Assembly (NCBI GenBank): GCA_043228905.1
Contig: JBHGNT010000011.1
Location: forward strand, 10,230,001-10,294,000
Direction of reading: 5' to 3'
Length of the DNA: 64,000 nt
From: Azolla caroliniana
Taxonomy: Eukaryota; Plantae; Polypodiophyta
Shown: piece after piece, positions 38,160 through 50,586 of the stretch
How the letters are laid out: every line of letters starts with the position of its first letter
Numbering within the stretch: the stretch's first letter is position 1
Translations under genes and position numbers: made by a program
Notes under the pieces: model-generated
The model's database searches: none
What the model was told of the DNA's origin: nothing
What the model saw: only the letters and a program-made list of their open reading frames with translations

Positions 38160-40358
38160 ATGGCGTCCTCAAGCAACCAAGCGGGAGAGCTCGAAAGGAT
38201 GATGCTAATCGTCGAGCAAATGATGAGATCTCGGGACAACGACGCGAGCGTGGAGAAGGTTGTCGATCGTGTCATAGAGCTCGAGGGCCAATTCGATGGA
38301 AGGAACGTTACGAAGTTCCTTGATGCATATAGAAGGGAGATGAATCAGAGGGACGTGTCCGAGGCACGTCAAATCGCAAGCTTCAAGAGAGTTGTCGCCA
38401 ACAACATCCGAAGACGCGTCATCGAGCTTCAAGAAGGTAAGACAACATGGTCCGAGTTCAAGAAAACGATACTAGCGGAGTTCGTGACTGAAGACTCAAC
38501 GAGGATGACTCGACATGCCCTGATGAAGTGGATAGAGAAGAAGAATAAGAAGATGAGCGTCTCGAGGGTGTACGACGAATTCGACCAGATGTTTAGTCGT
38601 CTCCCCAATACGGACCAAGTGTTGCTTGAAGAGGACAAGACTTTGTACTTCTTGAAGGCCATGGACATAAAGGATAGACGGGAGTTGGGGACTCTTCTCG
38701 AAGATGATACCCAAGCAAATGGGCTTGTAGCGGACTAGATCGCGGTGAAGCGGGCATGCAATAGGCTCGACAAGCGTCGCCAATGGGTTGATGACACCGA
38801 CTTGACGGGACCGACTACCACGGAGAAAGCAAGACCGCCGAAAGTAGCTGAGCCGCTGATACAAAGTAACGTGGAAGAAAAGAAGATTGATGACGACATC
38901 ATTGAAGAGTTAGCGAAGAAGTTCGAGAAGGTCACGCTAGCCAACATGAATCGTCGGGGCCCTAAAGGAAAAGAACCCTTTAGATGCGTGTGGTGCGATA
39001 GCATGGACCACATGAGAAGGGATTGTGCGAGCCTTCGAGAGGCGATTCGACAAAATATCGTATGCATAGAGGACAACATGATCTACTCAAGCGAGACTAG
39101 AAGACCCCTACGGGTGAATTTCGGAAGAGGAGGAATGAAGAGATCTATGGAGGATGCCGATGCGACTCATGTGGATGCGATGCACTATGCTGCGTTGGCT
39201 GGAATAAGAGTCGGGAAAGACAAGACTGAAGCTGCTAGAGCGGAAGTAAAGTTTTGGACTTCCGTTCTCGAATATGAGAAGAAGGGAAAAATCACATCAA
39301 ACGAGGTAGAGCTTGCGGACCGAAGCGTGCAAAGCATAACCGGGTGGTCGGATCCGGTGGACGACAACACCATACTCGCAGAGGTGATGTGCAACAACCA
39401 CGAGGTGTTCGTCGAAGAAAAGAGAAAGAGAATAGAAGAGCAAGGCCCATCAAAAAGACATGAAACAAGGAACGCGAAAAAGAAGGACGATGCGGAGACG
39501 AGTCGACCTTCACAAACGGAGGAACGAGAATCAAGTCGAAAAGGGGAGCCGAGCATACGAGTTGAAGAAACGGTTCGGCCCGTGAAGGTTGGTGTCGAAG
39601 ACCCCGCTCGGAGGACTAGGACTATACCTACCTATAAGCTAAGGTCGGACATAGAGCAGACGACGGACCTAAAGAAGATTCTCGAAGAACGAGTTCTTGA
39701 TAGCCACGTAACTTTGTCCTTGAGGGAATTGCTTGGCATTACGAAGAAGGAGTTCCATGACACGATCGTGGACCTTGTAAAGAGAAAGAGACAACAATCG
39801 GACGAGGAAGAAGAGAAGCCGCAAAAAGCAAAAACGAATGCCATAACGATGGCAAGAGACGAAATTGATGAAGATATGGTGGACAGCCACTACACTCGAC
39901 CTCATTGGGCACGAGCGACAACGGAGACGCCGGTAAAGATCGGGGAGAAGAAAGAGACCGTCGTAGCCTTGATCGACCACGGCTCGGAGATCAACCTCAT
40001 GTCAACCGACTTCTACAAAAAGGGAAGATGGCCAATCAATACAAACCACGGATGGAAGATCCGCGCGGCAACAAAGTCTACGGAGGACTTGTACGGAGCT
40101 TGTCCCAATGTCAAAGTCACGATCGGGGATGTGGAGATGGATCAACACTTCTTCGTACAAGAATCGGCGTTGCATCCTGTCATCCTAGGGCAACCTTATA
40201 TCACATCATCTCGGATGGAGACCAAAGTGTTCGATAATGGAGCAGCCTTCGCACGAATAAAGAGTCTTGACAACCAAAGATCGGTCCAATTCCTAACAGT
40301 GCGAGCCAATCATGAAAGGAATCGAGATAGTCTCGGAGGCGAATCCTCGGATTTTTAG
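38160..40358 (+). pseudogene. gag: gag-protease ORF of V (one in-frame TAG at 38736-38738)
   Basis: 38154-38738 and 38745-40358 are in the same frame. Zinc knuckle CVWCDSMDHMRRDC and protease ALIDHGSEINLM. Confidence 0.88.
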
Positions 40359-40411
40359 AGCGGACTATTGAAGCATGGGGCACAAATAGTCCGAGCAATC
40401 ACAAGACCCCA
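40349..40411 (+). promoter_or_regulatory. -1 ribosomal frameshift signal (slippery GGATTTT plus predicted pseudoknot)
   Basis: G GAT TTT TAG, stem CGGACTATT(40361-69)/AATAGTCCG(40385-93), and loop TGGGG complementary to CCCCA (40407-11). Confidence 0.75.
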
Positions 40412-43400
40412 CAAGAAAGAAGAGTGCGTGGATTGCAAGGAGAAGCAACATGTGTCACACCTAGTGGCGCATGTAAACTAGTACTACCCGACAAGAAGCA
40501 CAAACGCCGGATACAAGAATTCGAGAAGATGCTGAAAGAAGAAAACATAATAGAAGAAGGAGAGTTTGTGACTCATATTATGGAAGAAGCCTCATTTAAC
40601 GACACCATCGGCGAAATCGAGGACGTCGTGGACTTGAGCTATCTTCACAATCAACGCGTGATTTCGGTTAACTCCGTCAACATGTACGCTATCATCGATG
40701 AATACCGTCATGGCATCTCGATGAAGGAAGCTGACATCAACACGAAATATAAAACGGTGGATAAGAAGATCAAGCCAGTTGCGGTTCCGCTATCGGAAGA
40801 TAGCTGGCAAAAGATGAAGGAAGTCGCTAACGATCCAAGCTGAAGAGATCCGAAGGAGATAGGTCATGTCTTCACCAAAGAGACGAAGGGGAAGCTACGA
40901 GTTGGAAAGGAGGATTTCCTTCTCCCTGAAGAGGAGCGAATGTTTCGCGATATGCTTGAGAGACATGGGAAGGCTTTCGCATTCTTCCCACGAGAAATCG
41001 GATGCGCCGACCCAAAGGTTATAGAGCCGATGGTGATCTTCACGGTGCCTCATGTGCCTTGGAATTTGAAACCGATACCGGTTCCGAGAGCACACCTTCC
41101 GAAGCTGATCGAGCTCTTAAAGGAGAAGGTGAGTATGGGAATTCTAGAACCGTCGAATGCTCCTTATTCCAATAGGTGGTTCACGGTGCCGAAGAAGAAT
41201 GGATCATTGCGATTCATCCAAGATCTTCAACCCATCAACAAGGTGACAATTCGAAATGCCGGAATCGGTCCGAGCGTGGACGAATTTGCCGAAGCGTTTG
41301 CGGGCCGGTCCATCTACTCCATTGGCGATCTCTACTCCGGATATGACCAATTCCAATTGGCGATCGACAGTCGGGACATTACAACCATGAGGACTCCAAT
41401 CGGGCTTGTGCGGATGTGTACCTTACCCCAAGGCGCAACGAACTCGGTGGCTCATATGGTGAATGCCATGAATAAAGTCTTGAAGGATTGCATTCCGGAC
41501 ATCACGATGTCATTCTTGGATGATATTCCGATAAAAGGATGTTTGGGTGAGGAGAAAGATGAATCGAAAGATAAGGAAGGTTTTAGAAAGTTCGTTGCGG
41601 ATCATATGAAAGATTGCGAGAAGGTGCTTCAAAGGCTCGAAGATGCAAATTTGACATTTTCGGGAGAAAAATCCGCATTCGGGCAACCGGAGATCTTGGT
41701 GGTAGGTCACTTGTGTGGAGCATACGACCGGAAGCCCTCGCCATCCAAAGTGAACGCATTCCAAGACATGAAAGAAGAATGCGAAAACCAAACGGAGGTT
41801 CGAAGGTTCCTTGGAGCGTGCGCGTTTTATCATATATGGATTCCTCACTACGCTCATGTCGCCGAACCGTTATATGGACTATTAAAGAAAATAATAAAGT
41901 TTGAATGGCGAGACGAGCACACAAAGGCGATGCGAAGATTAAAGAAACTGCTTCTTGAAGCTCCGGCACTAAGGAAGGCCGACTATGCCGAAGGGAAACC
42001 AATTTACGTGACCGTAGATACGAGCCCAACCGGAATCGGGTGGGTCATCAATCAAGAAGGTGAAGATAATGCGCGATATGCCGTCCGGTTCGGAGCAAAG
42101 GTTCTCAGCGAACGGCAACAAAGATATGCCCAAGTCAAGCGGGAACTTTGGGGTATTGTGTCGGCAGTGAAGACGGACAAAGATTACCTGATCGGGTCAG
42201 AAGTGATAATAGAGACAGATTGTCTCCCAATTCTCGGAATGGTCTCGGGATGTGCGACCCCAGATCTTGCTATGCTAAGGTGGATCGCCTACATCAAGTC
42301 TTTAAACCCAGAGATCCGTCACATTGCAGGGAAGAAGAACGCCATGGCTGACATGCTGTCGGGGGCAAGATTTTCAAACGGAAGTAACATGGTTTCGGAA
42401 GATGAAGATGTCACCCTCGACTTCTTCAAGATGGCTCGATTGTCGGCGGAAGACCAGGACACGCAAACCCTCCACGCCTTCAACGAGAACGAGTATGAAG
42501 GAGAGTGGTTACTCATCGGTAGATTCCTAAGAACATTGACGACAAATGCTTCGTTGACAAAGGAGGAGGCCCTACGAATCCAAAAGAAAGCTTACCGATA
42601 CTTCTTGAAGGGAGGATTCCTTTGGCGACATCCAAAAAGAAGGACAGGAATACCACGACGAGTGGTGGTAAAGAAAGAAGAGCAAGAGACGCTGATGACC
42701 GAATTCCACGAGAGTGCTTGGGCAGGTCATAGAGGAACATGGGCGACGTTCGAAAAGTTGAAGGAGAAGTACTGGTGGCCAAGCATCTACAAAGATGTAC
42801 TCCATTTCGTGTCCACATGCGAAACTTGCCAAGTATATTCAAATATACGTCATCATGATGAGTTAAAGCCGACATACACACTCACCATACACTTCAAATG
42901 GATGGTGGATTTGGTCTCGATGCCAATGGGAGTGGGACAAATGAAGTACTTAGCGCTGGCAAGGGAAAACTTGACAAATCAAGTGGAAGGACGAGCCTTG
43001 ACAAATAAGACGATTTCAGCCATTTGCAAATTTCTACTTGAAGAGGTTGTTTGCTGATATGGATGTGTAGGGAAGATAGTGGCCGACCGAGGGGAGTTGG
43101 ACACGCACGAAGCGACGGAGCTCTTCGAAAGACTAGGCGTGAAGCTCTCCCTCACGACTGCCTACAATCCGGAAGCAAATGGGAAGATCGAGCAAGGGCA
43201 TGGACCTATCGTTAAAGCCATCGTACGGACATGCAACGGTCGAGTCGGGAATTGGCCACGATTATTACCCTATGCCTTGTGGGCCGATAGAACGACACAT
43301 AGCTCGGTGACAGGGTATATGCCGATGGAGCTTATGTATGGACAAAAGCCGATTATGCCCATCGAAAGGACGATCGCCTCATGGGTAGCGATACCGTGGG

Positions 43401-43843
43401 AGAACGAGATGAGCCGAGAAGAGTTATTAGCGGCGCGGATAAGGCAACTTGAAAGAAGACCTGAAGATTTAGAAAAAGCGCGAAAGATGATGAAGGCAGC
43501 CCGAGTAAAGAACAAAGTTCGGTTTGACAACACGCATCGACTTCGTCCCAAGAAGATTGAAGAAGGGGATTGGGTTTTGGTTTATGACAGCACCCTTGAC
43601 AATCAACACAGTACAACAAGGAAGTTCTCAAGAAGATGGTTCGGGCCGTATGTGGTGACAAGTGCCAACGATAATGCCACATACCACCTTGCGGAACTAG
43701 ACGGATCAAGGTTGGCCGTACCCATTGCGGGAAAAAGAGTAAAGCTTTTCAAGAAAAGACAAGACAAGGATCCTGACCTCGATTACCTCGACGATGAACA
43801 TAATAGACTGGATGAAAATGAAGACATGGAGAAACCTAATTGA
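40349..43843 (+). pseudogene. pol: RT-RNaseH-integrase ORF of V in -1 frame (two in-frame TGA)
   Basis: 40424-40843, 40940-43057 and 43079-43843 are in one frame. LPQGATNS, FLDDI, VDTSPTGIG, ETDC, HESAWAGHRG, ADRGE, PEANGKIEQ, WFGPY. Confidence 0.92.
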
Positions 43844-44477
43844 TCATCGTAGCCGAAATCTCACTTCCTCTCTTCTTGGCACGTACCGGAGGACGTGCGG
43901 TTTGGTGGGGGTGGATGTCGTGAAGATTTTCAGCAATAGTGTGAAAATCCCATAAAACGTACGAAATCAAGTATGAATCACATAGTACAATAATTGTGAA
44001 GATAACATTTTAAATAGATTTAATATCTAAGTACAAAATGATGGAGGTTTCGAATGCACTTTATTACATGAGAAATAGACAACTAAATGTCAAGATATGA
44101 GGGTATAAGTTTGTGAAAGGAAAAGAGAAAATTGTGAGATATCCCAGATAGGCACGACAAATACAGCTCTCATCATATATAAGGTGGAGCAAAAGATATT
44201 ATCTTTGTGTCTATGTGTGGAGCATAGAGAGTTCAAGGTAACTTGAACTAAGAGTGGAGGTGGGCTAGCTACTCCTAAAGGGTTTTGGCGAACCAAAACT
44301 GGACCGGCGAGGCACCGGTAACCGACGGCATCCGGCGACGGCACCGGTATCCGGCAAGGCACCGGTAACCGACGGCATCCGGCGACGCACCGGTAACCTA
44401 CGGCATCCGGCGAACCGCCGTCCGGCGACTAGATAAATATATATATAAATATATATACATATTTACATATACAAGGA

Positions 44478-44546
44478 GGGCAAGTAAGGATTCGAACCTT
44501 GCACCTCCAAGTTAGGAGTCAATTGGCTTACCATTAAGCCATGCTA
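44478..44546 (-). promoter_or_regulatory. tRNA-like module in V 3' LTR
   Basis: TAGCA-TG-GCTT-AATGGT-AAGC-...GAGGT-GCAAGG-TTCGAAT-CCTTAC-TTGCC. Perfect B box GGTTCGAATCC, with D stem and T stem pairing. Confidence 0.75.
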
Positions 44547-46265
44547 TTTAGTTCAAATTTTATTTCTATCATTGTACTTTTACATGTAAATTCTCATACA
44601 TGAGAGCTAAAATGAGTGACATGGTTATCATGCACCACATGTAATACTTAAACGCCAAATGGCAAACATGCAATTTATACATGTCTTGTACCCTCACATG
44701 CATCATATGCATGAGAGCATCTATAAAAGAGGGAAGGGGGAGGAGGAAAAACACGGTTTTTTTTATGAAAATTAAGAGGAAGAAATTCGTTATCAAATTG
44801 ATCGTGTAACTTGTTTCTTAAATCTAAAGTTAAAAGTTCAATCAATCTCTCTCAATCGTGTAATCTCAACTTCTCTCTTTCCCAATCTATCTTAAGTACT
44901 TTCTCGCTAAAGCTTGCGCCAAAGCTTGTACCAACTTTGAATCCTTCCGGTCCAGAACCCCGGCGGTTCCGCCTCACGATCCGCACGTAGTGACGGATCT
45001 TCACGACAACGCATGATAGTTTTAGCGGTTTTCTCACTGGATATTTCCTTAGTACATGGCAAGAAATGGGCCATCTTCGTATATCGATCTACTAATTTTA
45101 AGATCGCATCGAATCCCTTAGAGACCGGAAGATCTGTGATGAAATCTAGAGCAATGAATTGCCACGGCTTGCTTGGAATTGGTAATGTTTCTAATAAACC
45201 ATATAGTGCCTTGGCATTTCTGCTTTGCAACATGTATCACAAGTCCGAACAAAATCTTCGGCAAATTGTCGCATATGGGGTCACCAAAATGATCATTGTA
45301 CTAAAGCTAATGTTTAGTACTACCAAAATGCCCAACTGTATATGTGTCATGACAGTTTTGGACTACTCGAAGGCGACAACAACCATTAAGAACATACAAG
45401 AGTTTCTTAAAGAATAGCAATCCATCATGACATTCGAATTGTTGATAGTCCGTACCTAGTTGTTGCAACTATGAACAAGATGCTCGAGAGGGATCAATAT
45501 GTGCTAGAATGGCTTGGGTGAAAGCATCTGTCTTCAAGTCCTCACGTATGGTATCGATAACGTGGGATTACTTGCTTTTGGTTATCGAAAGCAGGCTCAC
45601 CAGGACGCGGTGCTAGATACGAGTCCCGTGATAATGCATTAGCCTTCCCTTGTTGCTTCCCCGGACGATATGTAATTTTGAAGTCGGAACGAGTGAGGAA
45701 TTGGGACCACCGAACTTGACGTCGATTTAACACACGAGCATTCTGAAAGTAGGCAAGATTTTTGTGAGCACTGAATATGGTGACTTGATGAGAAGATCCC
45801 TCTAGAAATTGCCTCCATTGCGTAATAGAGTCCACTATTGCCAATAGCTCCTTATCATGAATTTCATAGTTGATTTCGGCGGCATCAAAATTGCGTGAGT
45901 GGAAAGCCACAGGATGGAGCTTTTCATCATTGCCTTGTTGTGACAAAATGCTACCCAAGGCGAAATCTGATGCATCTGCTTCGATGATGAATGGTTTTTC
46001 CGAATCAACATGAGCCAGAATAGGAGCTGATGTAAATGCCTTCTTAAGACTCTCAAAAGCTATGTCTGCTTCTTCACACCAAACGAATGATTGTCCCTTC
46101 CTAGTAAGCTATGTGAGAGGCAGAACAAGCTTTGAGTAATCCTGTATAAACTTGTGGTAGAAATTGGCAAAACCTAAAAAGCATTGCACATCTCGCAATG
46201 AACGCAGAGTCTACCACTCTACCACCGTTTTGACCTTAGCTGGATCCATCGAGATGCCCTTGGAG

Positions 46266-47935
46266 TGTTAAGCGCTTGGGGCGCACCACAACCGGTAATG
46301 AAGAAGAGCGCATGAACAAGGACGTAGTATGGCTAAAGGACCTACGAAGAGGGAATGGCAAGAGGAAAGAGAGCTAAGAGACATCCAAGTGTGAAAGGTC
46401 CATACCCTAAATGTAAATGTTATATAAACTACATGGCGGTGGCTTTGTAAGGGTTCTTCCATTTGTAAAGATCTCCCTATTGATTAAGGGCTAGAGCTTC
46501 CACTCCTCCTTCTTGTAACCTTTAAGCTTAAGAGAGATTAGTGAAGTGTTTAGTTAGAGAACACTAATCTTTCTTCCTTGTTGGTGCTAGACCTCTAAGC
46601 AAAGAGGGTTAATAAACATATTCATTACTCTTAAAAAAACAAAAAAAAGAAACAAAAAATCATAATAATAATAATAACAATTCGAGGTAGACAAGGGTCA
46701 AGACATTCGAGAATTGGCACACTCCATTTAACTCTACTAACCTTTGTCCTAGCAGGTTATAATCGATCGCGTCCACCCAATTCACCAAGCTCCTCCACGC
46801 GCACTACCCTGACGCCGGTTGTGGCTCCCTGGTAATTCAAGCCGAGTTCAACAACACCCGTTGTACCTACTGAACCACACGTTCTTCCCTGGGATTGGCC
46901 TTTGGGGTGTACTTCCCGAGTTGGTTAGCCGGTTCCTCACACAACCCCAATATCGGCCACATTCGCACGCACACATTCGCGGATGCTACCCCTGTCGAGT
47001 TCCAGATCAATGTCGTCTACGTTTGCACTACGCTACATTTGTCGGCAGATGACATCCCCTAGTGTCGTCTCCAACATCATCCCTGCCGCCTACTTCGAGT
47101 ATGCCGAATGCGAAGGTTGGTGTTTCACCGAAATTCCCCCTCACCTCCACGATTGTTGTAGCGCCATCGCCCAGATCGGTGACATCGACGCTACCGACGC
47201 CATCAACCGTATCACTAGTGAATTCCTCAAGTGGGCACACAATCCTCAACCGGTCCAGTGAGCCCATGAACTCGCCACCGACCAGCCCCCGACGCCCGAA
47301 GCTCCCCTCCCACAGTGCACCCGGGAGTGTGCACTCATTAGGTTGGGGGGGATGTTAAGCACTTGAAGCGCACCACGACTGGTAATGAAGAAGAGCACAT
47401 CAACAAGGAGGTAGTATGGCTAAAGGACCTATGAAGAGGGAATGGCAATAGGAAAGAAGACTAAGAGACATCCAAGTGTGAAAGGTCCATACCCTAAATG
47501 TAAATGTTATATAAACTACATGGTGGTGGCTTTGTAAGGGTTCTTACATTTGTAAAGATCTCCCTATTGATTAAGAGCTAGAGCTTCCTCTCCTCCTTCT
47601 TGTAACCTTTAAGCTTAAGAGAGATTAGTGAAGTGTTTAGTTAGAGAACACTAATCTCTCTTCCTTGTTGGTGCTAGACATCTTAGCAAAGAGGGTTAAT
47701 AAACATATTCATTACTATTATTTTCTATATTCATTACCCTATTGTCTATGAGAGCGAGCTTGAGAGAGTGAGAGAGATATCATGCTTAATCATTTATTAA
47801 TTGTTAAGTGAGTGTGAGGCTCGGAGGTGTCCGACAACCATCTCCGCCCGATTTGCCATCAAAAGGATATACGCCGGTCCGAACTCCGCAAACGACATCG
47901 AGGAGCTAACTCCATCGGTACATAGATCCTACACA
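46266..47935 (+). mobile_element. Internally deleted LTR element U (partial 5' LTR, 3' internal segment, PPT, full 3' LTR)
   Basis: Direct repeats 46266-46629 and 47353-47716. PPT GGTTGGGGGGGA, 3' LTR ending CA at 47935, degenerate TSD TGGAG/CCGAG. Removing it restores the Y RT (LGYVISSKGISMDP). Confidence 0.82.
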
Positions 47936-50586
47936 CCGAGGAAATGACATAGCCCAGAAATTCTACCTTGTTGCACTCGAAACTACATTTTTCCAACTTT
48001 GCATAAAGACTATGTTCTCGAAGTCGTTTTAGTACTAACAACACATGAGAATCATGCTCTTCTTGGGTCTTCGAATAAACCAGTAGATCATCCAAATAGA
48101 TGATCAAACAAACATCCAAGAGATCTTGGAATATATCATTTGCCATGTGCTGGAAGACTATTGGCGCATTAGTGAGGCCGAATGGCATGACCATATACTC
48201 AAAGTGCCCATATCTGGTGCGAAACACGGTCTTTCATTCATCTCCTAGTCAGATCCGTACGAGGTTATATGCTCCTCGTAAGTTGATCTTTGTGAAGAAC
48301 CTTGCACCATTGATCCGTTCTAAAAGACATGAGAAAAGGGAAGTGCATACCTATTCCTGATGGTGACTTTATTCAAGTCACGATAATCTACGATGAGACG
48401 AAGTGATCCATCCTTTTTCTTGATGAAGAAAATGGGTGGACCGGCTGAAGATTTCGAATGTTGAATGAAACCATTTACCAAATTCTCCTCTATATAGGCT
48501 CGAAGGACTTCTAGCTTGATTGGTGACAAATTGTAGATCGGTTCCCACGGTGGCTCTTTTCTCGGTTGTAAATCGATGGGGCAATCATACGATTGATGGT
48601 GAGGAAGCGTATTGGCTTGTACTTTATCAAACTCATCGGCATAATGACGATACTTTTCTGGAAGGTGAACAGTGGACTCCTCTTTAGTAGTGTTGGAGGG
48701 TTTTACTGATACTTCGAAGAGAAACATTTCTTCCTTGCATCCTTCCTCACGCAACTGATGTAGCGAAATGATTGCAATCTTATGAGTAGATCCTCGGGTT
48801 TGTTGATACCAGATTTCTCTTGTTCTCTAATCTATGTCTGGGTTATGTAATTCGAACCATGGTAATTCCAAAACAATGGGATGTTTTGGGATTCCAATTA
48901 TATTAAAGGATACTACACGCGCTAAATTATCTAGGACAATATTAACGGGCTTTGTCTCTTCTATGATATTTCTAGATGCAATGGGCCAACCATCAATGAG
49001 TACTACAGAGGCTGGACACAGGATTTTTCTTAGGGATATTTGATGAGCTTGGGCAAAATTCCTTCCATGAAGCAAGAATTAGCTCTGGAATCTAGGAGTG
49101 CTGAGACATGTACTAGAGAGGTACTTTTAGTACTAACTGTTACTTGGGCTAAGAACACATTGCTAGCTTGCTTACATGGAATGGAACCACTAATGGGCTG
49201 CACAGATCTAGGGCTATCCAACCAAACGGCTCCTATTTTGGCTGGACTTAGTCGTTTAACTCTTCTTCTAACTGACTAAGGACATCAAATTTGTTCGATG
49301 GATTTGGGCTATTAGTACTATTAGGACTATTGGATATTCCTATTGAAATAGACTTGGGTTTAATACAATTAGAATTAGCAATTATTTGGTTTACCTGTCT
49401 TCTTGGCCTATGGGGACAGTTCACTGCAATATGCCCTGGTCCACCGCAATAAAGACATAGTCAATTTACCTGGTATCGCTGCTTTTCTTCTTCCGATAAT
49501 GGTCTACGACGACATGTAGTGTCAATTTCCATCAGAGTTGGAGTATTCACTTTAGACACATTATATGACTGCCTTGGAAAAGGTTTTGCTACCAGTGAGG
49601 TGTAGGTGGGCTCTAATCTTGCCCTTGGCATCTCGAACTGACGTTCCAAACGTCGTTCGAAAAGACGGTTGTCACATCTCACCGCGCGACTGATTGCTTC
49701 TGTCAATGACTTTGGTTCTTCGGGGAAGGTCAAGAGTAAATCCTTGACATCGTTATGTAGACCATAATGAAATTGTTCCATTAGTGTTGGGTCATCCCAG
49801 GGGATATCAGAGGCGAGTAGGCGGAAATCTGCAGCGTATGCGGAGGCTGGACGATCACCTCGACGTAATCACTAGATTTTGTTGATTGTTCTCCTTATGT
49901 TGTTAGTATCTCCAAAACAGGCTTTAAACTCACTTAAAAACTCTTCAAATTTGTTTAGTAAAGGAGATTCCTTTTCTAACAATGGAGCGAACCATGCCAA
50001 AGTTGAGCCACTTAACAACATGCCTACTAAACCCACTCGTGATGCATCGGTGGGATATCGGGAAGGATGCATTTGAATGACTAATCGTACCTAATTAAGG
50101 AATCCTCTAAACTGCGATTGCATTGCATCAAATATCATGGGAAGGCCGATCTTGGGTTCTTTATGAACCCCTTGCGTATTGGGTCCTTGTTGTTGCATCA
50201 CTACTATGGTTGTTTCGAGCTATTGCACGCATAACGCTAGTTCCCCATGTTGTTGTTGCGTCTGCTGCTTCTCTAAGGAGATTTGTTGAAGCTCCCCCAA
50301 GAGTCGTTGATTTTCTTGTTCCAATGTGAGAAACTTCTCTTTCAAGCATTTCAACTCCGAAAAAAAGGATTGATTTTCTTGATCGCTGGCAGTGGCCATA
50401 GTATTAGAGAAAAGAGCAATAAGATACTAGTATGAAGGGAGGGAGAAGGAAGAGAAGGAAGGAAACCCCAAAATCAATTCAAACTGTCAAGAACAGTACT
50501 AAGACAGAGAAGAATTTAGTACTAAAAGATGAGGAGTAGTACTAAGGGAGGTGTAGAACTCTCGAGAGGAGAGAGTGAGAGAGAGA

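Larger units (their letters stand above)
37041..45008 (+). mobile_element. Near-intact non-chromovirus Gypsy V, tRNA-Trp primed
   Basis: LTRs 37041-38092 and 43916-45008 with a 12-bp terminal inverted repeat TGTCGTGAAGAT/ATCTTCACGACA. 4-bp TSD ACGC, PBS 38101-38118, PPT about 43904-43915. Confidence 0.95.

Noticed and set aside
38736-38738. Programmed stop inside V gag
   Set aside because: Most simply a TGG>TAG mutation, comparable to the other nonsense changes in pol.
39185-43709. Numerous antisense and alternate-frame ORFs over gag/pol and LINE regions (also at 5080, 11065, 13129, 21149, 55792)
   Set aside because: They are shadow ORFs of the retroelement coding strands with no independent motifs.
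44478-44546. Functional tRNA genes at the LTR modules
   Set aside because: Acceptor and anticodon stems are poorly paired and no clear T-run terminator follows, so they are reported as tRNA-like promoter modules only.
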